From Bacteroidales bacterium (lineage in GTDB: Bacteria; Bacteroidota; Bacteroidia; Bacteroidales; UBA7960), in assembly GCA_007123065.1 (NCBI GenBank), contig SKSI01000081.1, forward strand, positions 1 to 41,849: a DNA stretch of 41,849 nucleotides, written 5' to 3'. Position numbers and translations under genes: made by a program. Each line of letters opens with the position of its first letter. Positions within the stretch are counted from its first letter, which is position 1. Below are positions 7,496 through 16,519 of this stretch, piece by piece. The notes beneath the pieces are model-generated. The model was not told the origin of the DNA. It saw only the letters and a program-made list of their open reading frames with translations, and ran no database searches.

Positions 7496-9226
7496 ATGGG
7501 ACATGATACTGAGATTCTAAAGAGGGCAAAAGCCTGGCTGGGTGAAGCCTTTGATGAAGAAACGAACGATGCCGTTAAGAAACTTCTGGAAGGTGATCCT
7601 GAGGCTTTGGCTGATGCCTTTTACCGCGATCTGGAGTTTGGCACAGGTGGCTTGCGCGGAATTATGGGTATTGGCACCAACCGGATGAATAAATACACTG
7701 TGGGTATGGCTACCCAGGGACTGGCAAACTATATCCTGAAGTCTTTTCCGGATATTGACAGGCCTAAAGTCGTCATTGCACACGACTGCCGCAACAACAG
7801 TGAGCTGTTTACGAATATTGCCGCTGATGTCTTGTCTGCAAACGGTATTGCCGTCTATCTTTTTGACGCATTGCGCCCTACGCCATTGCTGTCATTCGCG
7901 GTGCGTGAACTTAAATCTCAGGCCGGTATCGTGATCACTGCCTCTCATAATCCGCCGGAGTATAACGGATACAAGGTATACTGGGATGATGGTGGTCAAC
8001 TTGTTCCACCTCACGATAAAAATGTAATTGAGGAGGTCAGGAAGGTCGAACCAGAACAAATCCTTTTTGGCGCAAATCCCTCATTGATTACAACTCTGGA
8101 TGAAACTTTCGATGCCATTTACATAGAAAAAATGAAGTCGCTGTCGCTTAATCCTGACCTGATCAGCAAGCATAATGACCTGCGTATTGTTTTTACACCC
8201 ATTCATGGCACAACAGTACGTCTGGTTCCGGAAACCTTAAAAGCATACGGGTTCAGGTCTGTTTACAATGTGCCGGAACAGGATGTTGTTGACGGAAACT
8301 TCTCTACGGTTGAATCACCCAACCCAGAAGAAAGAGCGGCCTTTGACATGGCTTTGGCAAAAGCATCAGCGGTAGATGCTGACCTGGTAATGGCCACGGA
8401 TCCGGATGGTGACAGGCTCGGTGTAGCTGTTAAGAATCAAAACGGTGATTACGAGTTAATCAATGGGAATCAGTGTGCTGTGCTGCTGACCTATTATGTG
8501 CTGGAGCAATGGAAAGCTCTTGGAAAGCTTCGCGGAGATGAATATATTGTTAAAACCATTGTTACAACCGATCTGCTTAGTGAAATAGCTGCCAACTATG
8601 ATGTTGAATGCTTTGATGTATTGACAGGATTTAAATACATTGCTGAAAAGATGCAATTGTTTGAAGGTAAAAAGCGCTTCCTTTGCGGTGGAGAGGAAAG
8701 TTATGGCTTTACGGTCGGTGATTATGTCAGGGATAAAGATGCCGTGATCAGCTGTTGTATGGTTGCAGAAGCCGCTGCCTGGGCAAAAGAACAAAACAAA
8801 ACGCTTCTGGACTTGCTCGTTGATATCTGTGTTCAATATAATCTTTATGTAGAAGACCTGATCTCCATTACAAAAAAAGGACAAAAAGGTGCAAATGAAA
8901 TTCGTGAAATGATGGATCGTTTTCGTAACAATCCGCCAAAAACCATTGATAATAAAACACTTGCACGGATTATCGATTATCAGAAAGGAACCGATCATGA
9001 TCTGTTTCTTGATGAGACCCATCCGGTTGATTTACCGAAATCAAATGTTTTGCAGTTTATCCTGGAGGACGGGACGCGCATTACGATGCGTCCATCCGGA
9101 ACGGAACCAAAAATCAAATTTTATTTCAGTTGCAAAATAGGTCTGGATAAAGCTGATGCTTATGAAAACAGGCGTAACGAATTAAAAGAGTCCATAAAAA
9201 GGATCAGAAGGGATCTGGAGATTTAA
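7496..9226 (+). CDS. phospho-sugar mutase (phosphoglucomutase/phosphomannomutase family)
   Basis: Active-site loop TASHNPPEYNGYK. Metal-binding ATDPDGDR. GEESYG sugar-binding motif. 576 aa. Confidence 0.9.
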   Translation: MGHDTEILKRAKAWLGEAFDEETNDAVKKLLEGDPEALADAFYRDLEFGTGGLRGIMGIGTNRMNKYTVGMATQGLANYILKSFPDIDRPKVVIAHDCRNNSELFTNIAADVLSANGIAVYLFDALRPTPLLSFAVRELKSQAGIVITASHNPPEYNGYKVYWDDGGQLVPPHDKNVIEEVRKVEPEQILFGANPSLITTLDETFDAIYIEKMKSLSLNPDLISKHNDLRIVFTPIHGTTVRLVPETLKAYGFRSVYNVPEQDVVDGNFSTVESPNPEERAAFDMALAKASAVDADLVMATDPDGDRLGVAVKNQNGDYELINGNQCAVLLTYYVLEQWKALGKLRGDEYIVKTIVTTDLLSEIAANYDVECFDVLTGFKYIAEKMQLFEGKKRFLCGGEESYGFTVGDYVRDKDAVISCCMVAEAAAWAKEQNKTLLDLLVDICVQYNLYVEDLISITKKGQKGANEIREMMDRFRNNPPKTIDNKTLARIIDYQKGTDHDLFLDETHPVDLPKSNVLQFILEDGTRITMRPSGTEPKIKFYFSCKIGLDKADAYENRRNELKESIKRIRRDLEI

Positions 9227-9270
9227 TCAGTATTGCAATTTCTGAATTTGAGTGTACCGGTACATCAACT

Positions 9271-9876
9271 TTATCGAAAGCGGCTTCTTACGTCGCTAAG
9301 GCGTTCACGTGCTTCTTTATCCTCGGGGTTTTCAAGGTATTCCATGTAGGCTTCAATAAAATCGGGATGGTCTCTGTACAGAATTTTCAGTCGTGTTTCA
9401 ACCGGCGGGATAAGTAAAAGCCCGAGTAAGCCGATGTAAAGTGCTGCCCTGTAGAAATATCTCCTGAGAAAGGGCAGTTCTCTTTTTTTGATGATGTGAT
9501 ATATAGCGAGATAAGCAGTGAAGCCGGTCAATGCCAAAAAAGCCCAGAACATAATTAAAGGCATCAGTGGAAAAAACATAAAACCGGCAAGAATGGCAAT
9601 CAGCGCAAACGAAAGCACAACTCCCATCAGAATCGTAATATAAACCTGATATGGATACAGCCCTTGTACAATGACTCTGTTCAGCATTTGCATCGGTGCA
9701 AGTTTGTTGAAGATAAAAAAGCTGAACCAGAGGTAGTAAGTAGACAGTAATGTCGTAAATACCAGCAGCGAAGTATTGGTTGCCGGACCAAGCCAGATTC
9801 TCAAAATCATAACCACGATGACCGTCACTATTCCGGCTTTTTCAAATTTATTGATGATGGTATCTTTATCATTCAT
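9271..9876 (-). CDS. hypothetical polytopic membrane protein
   Basis: About 5 hydrophobic helices followed by a charged C-terminal tail. The start codon lies 3 nt after the murB stop, so it is likely co-transcribed. Confidence 0.65.
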   Translation of the reverse strand: MNDKDTIINKFEKAGIVTVIVVMILRIWLGPATNTSLLVFTTLLSTYYLWFSFFIFNKLAPMQMLNRVIVQGLYPYQVYITILMGVVLSFALIAILAGFMFFPLMPLIMFWAFLALTGFTAYLAIYHIIKKRELPFLRRYFYRAALYIGLLGLLLIPPVETRLKILYRDHPDFIEAYMEYLENPEDKEARERLSDVRSRFR

Positions 9877-9879
9877 AAG

Positions 9880-10884
9880 TCAGATAATGTTAACTTCAGG
9901 CTCAAGTCTGATCCCGTATTTTTCAAAAACAGATTTCTGTATTTTGTTTGCCAGTTGAATGATTTCCAGACCATTTGCTTTCCCATGGTTGACCAATACC
10001 AGGGCCTGTTGCGCGTGTACTCCGGCATCACCGTGCCGGTAGCCTTTCCAACCCGCACGATCGATCAGCCAACCGGCAGCAAGTTTCTTTCCCTTTGGAT
10101 CGTCAAATGCAACGATTTCAGGAAATTCTTTTTTTAAAACCGAGAATGTTTTTTTGGAAACAACCGGATTTTTAAAAAAACTTCCGGCATTGCCTAATTT
10201 CTCAGGATCGGGCAATTTGCTTCTACGGATGTTGCAAACAGCTTTTCGGACGTCACCGATGCCGGGGTTATCAATTCCTGCTGAAGTGAGTTCCGCCGAG
10301 AGGCTTCCATAACCGGTTTTTGCAATAGGTTTGGTGTCCAGTGCCAGCGTAACAGAGGCAATCACATACCTGTCTTTGCCTGCCTGCTTAAAGAAACTGT
10401 CGCGGTATCCAAAGTTGCACGATTTCTTGTCAAAAATTTTAAATGTCTTCTTTTCCTTGTCGAATGCCGTCAGACTATGGAAATGGTCTTTAAGTTCCGA
10501 GCCGTAAGCACCAATATTCTGTATCGGACTGCTGCCCGTTTGCCCGGGGATGAGGGAAAGGTTTTCCAAACCTCCCCAGTTTTGGTCTACACAATAAGCC
10601 ACCACATCATCCCAGTCTTCTCCTGCTGCGACTTCGAGCAAAATTTTCCCGGGTTTTGTGCCGATAACCTTTTTCCCCTTGATAGCGATCCGGATCACCA
10701 TGCCGTCAAAATCACCCAGAAAGAGCATATTGCTGCCTCCGCCAAGTACCAAATGCTTTCCTTGATAAGTTGAAAGAAGTGCCGGCAGGGCCTCTCTGGA
10801 AGACACTTCAACGTATTCTTTTGCGTATGCGTCCGTTCCGAAGGTGTGTAAGTCTTTCAGAGGATAATTTACGTGTTTCAACAT
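9880..10884 (-). CDS. murB: UDP-N-acetylenolpyruvoylglucosamine reductase
   Basis: FAD-binding LVLGGGSNMLF and the type I MurB C-terminal domain (GSFFKNP, AGWLID). 334 aa. Confidence 0.9.
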   Translation of the reverse strand: MLKHVNYPLKDLHTFGTDAYAKEYVEVSSREALPALLSTYQGKHLVLGGGSNMLFLGDFDGMVIRIAIKGKKVIGTKPGKILLEVAAGEDWDDVVAYCVDQNWGGLENLSLIPGQTGSSPIQNIGAYGSELKDHFHSLTAFDKEKKTFKIFDKKSCNFGYRDSFFKQAGKDRYVIASVTLALDTKPIAKTGYGSLSAELTSAGIDNPGIGDVRKAVCNIRRSKLPDPEKLGNAGSFFKNPVVSKKTFSVLKKEFPEIVAFDDPKGKKLAAGWLIDRAGWKGYRHGDAGVHAQQALVLVNHGKANGLEIIQLANKIQKSVFEKYGIRLEPEVNII

Positions 10885-10929
10885 ACAACACGGGTATTGC
10901 GAAAATAGTTTTCAGGATGATTTACCGTC

Positions 10930-10937
10930 CAAAGTTA
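10930..10937 (-). promoter_or_regulatory. candidate -7 promoter box for murB (TAACTTTG on the minus strand)
   Basis: The plus strand reads CAAAGTTA, the reverse complement of TAnnTTTG, about 45 nt upstream of the murB start. Confidence 0.35.
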
Positions 10938-11032
10938 ATGATAATGTCCTATTTTGCCACCGGAATAATGGAAATTAACGGAAAGCAGGACATAATACCA
11001 CTTTCTTAATGTGTAAAATATGTTTAATCTGA

Positions 11033-11635
11033 TTAGCGGGTCAGGATGATGTTTTTTTCCTCAATCAGTTTGCGTAAGTTGATTAATGCATAACGCATCC
11101 TGCCCAAAGCCGTGTTGATACTAACATCTGTAATTTGCGCAATCTCCTTGAAACTCATATCCTCATAATGACGCATTTTGAGCACTTCCTTCTGCTCATC
11201 AGGCAAGTGTTCAATCAGCTTTTTGACATCATCGTGAATTTGTGCAATGATCAGTTTGTCTTCAATGGTTTCATCATAAACCATAAGGGTCTCAAAAAGA
11301 TCATATTCCTCACTGTTCTCCCGGAAAGGCATCCGTTTCGACTTCCTGAAAAAGTCAATAATGAGATTGTGGGCAATACGCATAGCCCAGGGGAGAAATT
11401 TCCCTTCCTCATTATAGGATCCTGCTCTGAGTGTATTGATGATCTTGATGAATGTATCCTGAAATACATCCTCAGCAAGATGCTTGTCTTTCACTATAAG
11501 AAGGATATATGAGAAAAGCTTTCTTTGATGCCTGTTAATCAGTGCTTCAAGGGCATTGTGTTCACCAGAAATAAATAGACGGATCAACTCTTGATCGCTA
11601 GTCGCTACGCGGTCATTCATAAGATTGGCCTCCAT
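11033..11635 (-). CDS. RNA polymerase sigma-70 factor, ECF subfamily
   Basis: Region 2 (DVFQDTFIKI, FLPWAMRIAHNLIIDFFRK) and region 4 (MSFKEIAQITDVSINTALGRMRYA). No adjacent anti-sigma gene is visible. Confidence 0.9.
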   Translation of the reverse strand: MEANLMNDRVATSDQELIRLFISGEHNALEALINRHQRKLFSYILLIVKDKHLAEDVFQDTFIKIINTLRAGSYNEEGKFLPWAMRIAHNLIIDFFRKSKRMPFRENSEEYDLFETLMVYDETIEDKLIIAQIHDDVKKLIEHLPDEQKEVLKMRHYEDMSFKEIAQITDVSINTALGRMRYALINLRKLIEEKNIILTR

Positions 11636-11782
11636 GTGTTGTTAAACTAGCGTATACGTCTAATCGATAAGTTGTCCTCCTGTTATTTGATGAATACTTT
11701 GGCGAAGGGGTGTTTTTCGCACTTTCACTGCTACAAATATAATTTTTTTTTTAAGCGTGACAAAACTTTTTTTGAAAAACAC

Positions 11783-13444
11783 CTATTTATCCATCGTATA
11801 GAGAAAGCGTTTGATGCTTTTCTTTGGTGTTTTTTCAAATTCCTCCGGTACGATATCAATATCTGCGATGTTCATGTATGCCGGAAGTTTTTCGTTAATT
11901 TCCTTTTTATAATTCTTCAGGGTTTGTTGAAACATCTGCTCGCTGATGCTTGATTTGTCAATGGTTTCATAATCAGGATAAATGAGTGCCTGTAACACTC
12001 CTTTCCGTTCCCTGACCAGTGTTTCCTGAATGTAAAGCTTATTGTTAAGCATTGCTTCGATCTCTTCCGGATAGATATTTTGCCCGGAAGGACCAAGTAT
12101 CATACTTTTGCTACGGCCTTTGATAAAGACATAATCGTCGTTGTCAAGAAGTCCGAGATCACCTGTATGCAGCCATCCATCGCTGTTAAGGGCATCTTTT
12201 GTGGCTTCTTCATTTTTGAAATAACCGGTCATTACGTTTTCACCCTTAACCAGGATCTCACCTGCAATTCTTTCCGGGTCAGGACTGTCAATTTTCATTT
12301 CCAGGAAGTCTACAACTTTTCCTGCCGACTCCAGTTTGGTGTTTTTCCAGTTTGCGTAACTGATCAGCGGTCCGCATTCCGTCATTCCATAGCCGATGGA
12401 GTAGGGGAAACCGATCTTCTTCAAAAACAGTTCAACCTCCTTGTTCAGCGGCGCGCCTCCAATAACGATCTCATGAAAGTTTCCGCCAAAGACATCTACC
12501 AGTTTTTTTCGAATTTTATTATGAACAATCTTTTTCAATCCCGGTGTTTTCAGCAAAATCTTCATTGCCGGCTTGTCAAGGGCAGGAATGATCTGTTTTT
12601 TATAGATTTTTTCAATGATTAGTGGCACGGCCAGTACCAACCGTGGTTTTACCTCCTTGAATGCCTGGATGATGATCTGCGGGGAAGGTGTTTTGGTCAG
12701 GAAAGTGACGTGGCAACCCAGTGTGAATGGCCACAGGAACTCAAAAGCACATCCGTATGCATGTGCCAGGGGCAAAAATGATACAATTTTGTCGCCGGGA
12801 TTGAGCGGCATGTTTTCGTTCGCATAAACAATATTTGCAGCCAGGCTGTTGTGTGGAAGCATAACCCCTTTTGTAAACCCTGTGGTTCCTGAAGTGTAAC
12901 TGATCACACCCAGTGTGTCGTTAGAAAGTTCAGGAAACATTAAACTGTCTGGCTGAATGCCCAGCGGATATTTCTTTTGATAAAGGTCTTCAATTTTTTC
13001 AGCTTGCTTCTCGAGGATCCGTCCTGGGCCGTCGTGCAAAACGGAAAAATCGTTCAGGGAGAGTGTACCCAGCAGTCGATTGATTTTCTCTGGATCCAGG
13101 TTGTCGAACAGGTTGTCGGCAGCCAGCAGCAGGCGCGCCTCGGAGTGGTTGATGATGTGGTGGACATCATTGGCCTTGAAATCAGGTAAAATGGGTACAA
13201 CCGTTCCGCCATAGGTGATCACGGCAAGATAAGCGATGCCCCAATGGGCAGAATTCTTTCCCAGCAAAGCAATTTTATCTCCTTTCTTGATTCCGCAAGC
13301 CTCAAAACGGGTGTGTAGATGGGCAATGTAACCTGCAACATCTCCATATGTAAATGATTTGCCCTTGTAATCTGCCAGTGCGGTAATATTCCAATTGTTT
13401 CGGATTGCTTTAAGAATGAAGACGCTCAACTTTTCCTTGATCAT
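11783..13444 (-). CDS. long-chain fatty-acid--CoA ligase (AMP-forming adenylating enzyme)
   Basis: AMP-binding signature YTSGTTGFTKGV, then GYGMTE and TGDLG motifs. 553 aa. Confidence 0.9.
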   Translation of the reverse strand: MIKEKLSVFILKAIRNNWNITALADYKGKSFTYGDVAGYIAHLHTRFEACGIKKGDKIALLGKNSAHWGIAYLAVITYGGTVVPILPDFKANDVHHIINHSEARLLLAADNLFDNLDPEKINRLLGTLSLNDFSVLHDGPGRILEKQAEKIEDLYQKKYPLGIQPDSLMFPELSNDTLGVISYTSGTTGFTKGVMLPHNSLAANIVYANENMPLNPGDKIVSFLPLAHAYGCAFEFLWPFTLGCHVTFLTKTPSPQIIIQAFKEVKPRLVLAVPLIIEKIYKKQIIPALDKPAMKILLKTPGLKKIVHNKIRKKLVDVFGGNFHEIVIGGAPLNKEVELFLKKIGFPYSIGYGMTECGPLISYANWKNTKLESAGKVVDFLEMKIDSPDPERIAGEILVKGENVMTGYFKNEEATKDALNSDGWLHTGDLGLLDNDDYVFIKGRSKSMILGPSGQNIYPEEIEAMLNNKLYIQETLVRERKGVLQALIYPDYETIDKSSISEQMFQQTLKNYKKEINEKLPAYMNIADIDIVPEEFEKTPKKSIKRFLYTMDK

Positions 13445-13570
13445 AATTCCGGAATTTTTATTTTTAAACAGATTTTTTGCAATTTCAGCGCAAGTTACAA
13501 ATAATGAGACAATCTTTCAAAACATCTTTTTTTGACCTGATATAAAGGAAACCGGTGCGAAAAATAATCG

Positions 13571-13578
13571 TAATTTTG
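13571..13578 (+). promoter_or_regulatory. candidate -7 promoter box (TAATTTTG) for uvrA
   Basis: Exact TAnnTTTG, 22 nt upstream of the ATG at 13601. Confidence 0.45.
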
Positions 13579-13600
13579 CAAATTATACTTTTCTGATTCA

Positions 13601-16429
13601 ATGATGGGGATAGAATTGCTGGACAGCCGGAATTACGTGTTGATCAAGGGTGCGCGTGTACACAACCTGAAATCTGTGGACGTTGCCATTGAACGCAACC
13701 GTTTTGTGGTGATCACCGGATTGTCCGGGTCAGGGAAATCTTCTCTTGCTTTTGATACGCTTTATGCTGAAGGTCAGCGGCGCTATGTTGAAAGCCTTAG
13801 TGCATACGCCCGTCAATTCCTCGGCAGGATGCATAAACCGGAAGTGGATTACATCAAAGGAATTTCACCTGCCATCGCCATTGAGCAACGGGTTAATAGC
13901 AGGAATCCAAGATCTACCGTGGGAACTACAACAGAAGTGTATGACTACCTGAAACTGCTTTTTGCCCGGATTGGAAAAACATACTCACCTGTTTCCGGTA
14001 AAGAAGTAAAAAGAGATACGGTAACTGATGTTGTGGATTTTTGCCTGGCCCTGCCAGGTGGCACAATGTTGATGCTGATCGCTCCTCTCATTCTTACCCA
14101 CGGCCGAAGTGTTGATGAACAGCTTTCTGTTTTACTGCAACAAGGTTTTACAAGAGTCATTATCAAGGATAAAGTTGGACGAATAGAGGAAATTCTTGCT
14201 TCGGGTGACCTGCCAAAGGCCACCGATATCGGTGTGGTGATCGACCGCTTTGCCGTTGATCCTGAAGATACACAGTTTATAGCCCGTATCGCTGATTCCG
14301 TGCAGACTGCTTTTTATGAAGGGAAGGATGCCTGCATCCTGGATTATGCCATAGAAGGCGAACAAAGAAAAGTTACTTTTTCCAATCGTTTTGAACGCGA
14401 TGGTATGGTGTTTGAAAAGCCATCCGTAAACCTGTTTACCTTTAACAATCCTTACGGTGCCTGCCGCTCGTGTGAAGGCTTTGGCAGTGTGATCGGCATT
14501 GATCCTGACCTTGTGGTTCCCAACAAACGCCTGTCGGTTTTTGAAGGTGCTATAGCACCCTGGAAGGGTGAAAAAATGGGAGAGTGGAAGAATCAACTGG
14601 TTTCTAACGCCTATAAGTTTGATTTTCCAATTCATAAACCTTATAAAAACCTTTCTGAAAAGCAAAAAGAACTGCTATGGACAGGAAATGAATATTTTCA
14701 CGGTCTCAGCGATTTCTTTAAGATGGTTGAGGAGAATACCTATAAGATCCAATATCGTGTAATGCTCTCCCGGTATCGGGGAAAAAAAACCTGTCCGGAA
14801 TGTAAAGGTACCCGGCTTCGTAAGGATGCAAACTATGTAAAAGTGGGCGGACATTCCATCACTGAGATGGTGCTGAAGCCGTTGCACAACCTGAAGCAGC
14901 TGTTTGACGAACTCCGTTTTTCAAAAGAGGAACTTGCTGTTTCAAAAAGGTTGCTTATTGAGATCAGGAACCGGCTGGAATATCTGAATGATGTCGGACT
15001 TGGATATCTTACCCTTAACAGGCTTTCCAACACGCTGTCGGGAGGAGAATCGCAACGGATCAATCTGGCTACCTCTCTTGGAAGCAGTCTTGTCGGTTCA
15101 CTTTATATTCTCGATGAACCCAGTATAGGTTTGCATCAGCGCGACACACACCGGCTCATCGGTATCCTGAAAAAACTTCGTGATACCGGAAATACCGTGA
15201 TTGTTGTGGAGCATGACGAGGATATCATACGCGCTGCCGATCAGGTGATCGACATTGGTCCGCTGGCCGGCACTCAGGGTGGAGAAATCGTTTTTCAGGG
15301 TAGCTTTGATAAGCTTATCCTGAGGAATGACAGTCTGACAGCAGCCTATCTGAACAAGGAGAAGGAAATCCCTTTGCCGGATTCCAGAAGGAAATGGAAG
15401 GAATACATCACTCTGGGTGGCGTGCGGCAGCACAATCTTAAAGGGTTTGATGTAAAAATCCCACTGCAGGTGATGACAGTCATCAGCGGCGTAAGTGGAT
15501 CCGGTAAAAGCACCCTGGTAAGAAATATCCTGTTTCCTGCGCTGAAAAAGGAGTATGGTGGCTATGGCGAACGCACGGGCAGCTTTGATGGACTTGAAGG
15601 CGATATCAAAAGCCTGAAAGACGTCGAATATATTGACCAGAACCCGATTGGGAAATCTTCCCGGTCAAATCCGGTAACCTACCTGAAAGCCTATGATGAC
15701 ATCCGCCAACTTTTTGCAGCTCAGCCGCTGGCAAAAACCAGGGCCTACAAACCCGGCTTCTTTTCTTTTAATATTGATGGCGGAAGATGTCCGGAATGTG
15801 AAGGGGAGGGGACCGTCCGCATTGAGATGCAGTTTATGGCAGATATCATACTCGAATGCGAAAGTTGTAAAGGAAAGCGTTTCAAAGAAGAGATTCTTGA
15901 TATAAATTTCAATGGCAAAACCATCACGGATGTGCTCGATATGACCGTTGATGATTCCATCGATTTCTTTAAAAATGCAGAATCGGGATGGGCGATCTGC
16001 AAAAGGATTGCAACCCGCTTGCAGCCACTAACTGATGTGGGATTGGGATATGTTCGTCTTGGACAACCAAGCAGCACACTGAGTGGCGGCGAAGCACAGC
16101 GGATCAAGCTGGCTTCTTTTCTAACCAAGGGGATCACCCCGGAAAAAACCATGTTTATCTTTGATGAACCCACAACAGGCCTGCATTTTCACGACATCAA
16201 CAAGCTATTGATCGCGTTTAATGCATTGATAGACAATGGACATACCCTTGTTGTTATTGAACACAACCCCGACGTGATCAAATGTGCCGACTGGATCATC
16301 GACCTGGGTCCCGATGGTGGCGAAAATGGTGGCGAACTGATCTTTGAAGGCACACCGGAGGAGCTTGTCCAATGCAAGGCATCCATTACCGGTGAATTCC
16401 TTAGGGGAAAGGTTAACGGTAAACGGTAA
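13601..16429 (+). CDS. uvrA: excinuclease ABC subunit A
   Basis: GLSGSGKSSLAFDTLYAEGQRRYVESLSAYARQFLG. Two ABC ATPase modules (LSGGE x2). Zn-finger CxxC pairs. 942 aa. Confidence 0.97.
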   Translation: MMGIELLDSRNYVLIKGARVHNLKSVDVAIERNRFVVITGLSGSGKSSLAFDTLYAEGQRRYVESLSAYARQFLGRMHKPEVDYIKGISPAIAIEQRVNSRNPRSTVGTTTEVYDYLKLLFARIGKTYSPVSGKEVKRDTVTDVVDFCLALPGGTMLMLIAPLILTHGRSVDEQLSVLLQQGFTRVIIKDKVGRIEEILASGDLPKATDIGVVIDRFAVDPEDTQFIARIADSVQTAFYEGKDACILDYAIEGEQRKVTFSNRFERDGMVFEKPSVNLFTFNNPYGACRSCEGFGSVIGIDPDLVVPNKRLSVFEGAIAPWKGEKMGEWKNQLVSNAYKFDFPIHKPYKNLSEKQKELLWTGNEYFHGLSDFFKMVEENTYKIQYRVMLSRYRGKKTCPECKGTRLRKDANYVKVGGHSITEMVLKPLHNLKQLFDELRFSKEELAVSKRLLIEIRNRLEYLNDVGLGYLTLNRLSNTLSGGESQRINLATSLGSSLVGSLYILDEPSIGLHQRDTHRLIGILKKLRDTGNTVIVVEHDEDIIRAADQVIDIGPLAGTQGGEIVFQGSFDKLILRNDSLTAAYLNKEKEIPLPDSRRKWKEYITLGGVRQHNLKGFDVKIPLQVMTVISGVSGSGKSTLVRNILFPALKKEYGGYGERTGSFDGLEGDIKSLKDVEYIDQNPIGKSSRSNPVTYLKAYDDIRQLFAAQPLAKTRAYKPGFFSFNIDGGRCPECEGEGTVRIEMQFMADIILECESCKGKRFKEEILDINFNGKTITDVLDMTVDDSIDFFKNAESGWAICKRIATRLQPLTDVGLGYVRLGQPSSTLSGGEAQRIKLASFLTKGITPEKTMFIFDEPTTGLHFHDINKLLIAFNALIDNGHTLVVIEHNPDVIKCADWIIDLGPDGGENGGELIFEGTPEELVQCKASITGEFLRGKVNGKR

Positions 16430-16445
16430 ACGGTAAACGGTAAAC
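16411..16445. repeat. (GGTAAAC)5 heptanucleotide tandem repeat containing the uvrA stop codon
   Basis: ggttaac ggtaaac ggtaaac ggtaaac ggtaaac. The uvrA TAA (16427-16429) lies inside unit 3. Confidence 0.9.
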
Positions 16446-16447
16446 AG

Positions 16448-16519
16448 CCTTAATCTTAACCTTAACCTTAACCTTAACCTTAATCTTAACCTTAACCTTA
16501 ATCTTAACCTTAACCTTTC
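16448..16519. repeat. (YCTTAA)11 hexanucleotide tandem repeat plus a degenerate 12th unit, containing the aminotransferase stop codon
   Basis: ccttaa/tcttaa units run from 16448 to 16513, followed by cctttc. The minus-strand TAA stop (16510-16512) is within the last perfect unit. Confidence 0.9.

Noticed and set aside
16448-16519. The hexamer array (and the 40371-40433 heptamer array) considered as a CRISPR array or a telomere-like repeat.
   Set aside because: The units are 6-7 nt with no spacers, so this is not CRISPR. The tract lies internally between two housekeeping genes, so it is not a replicon end.
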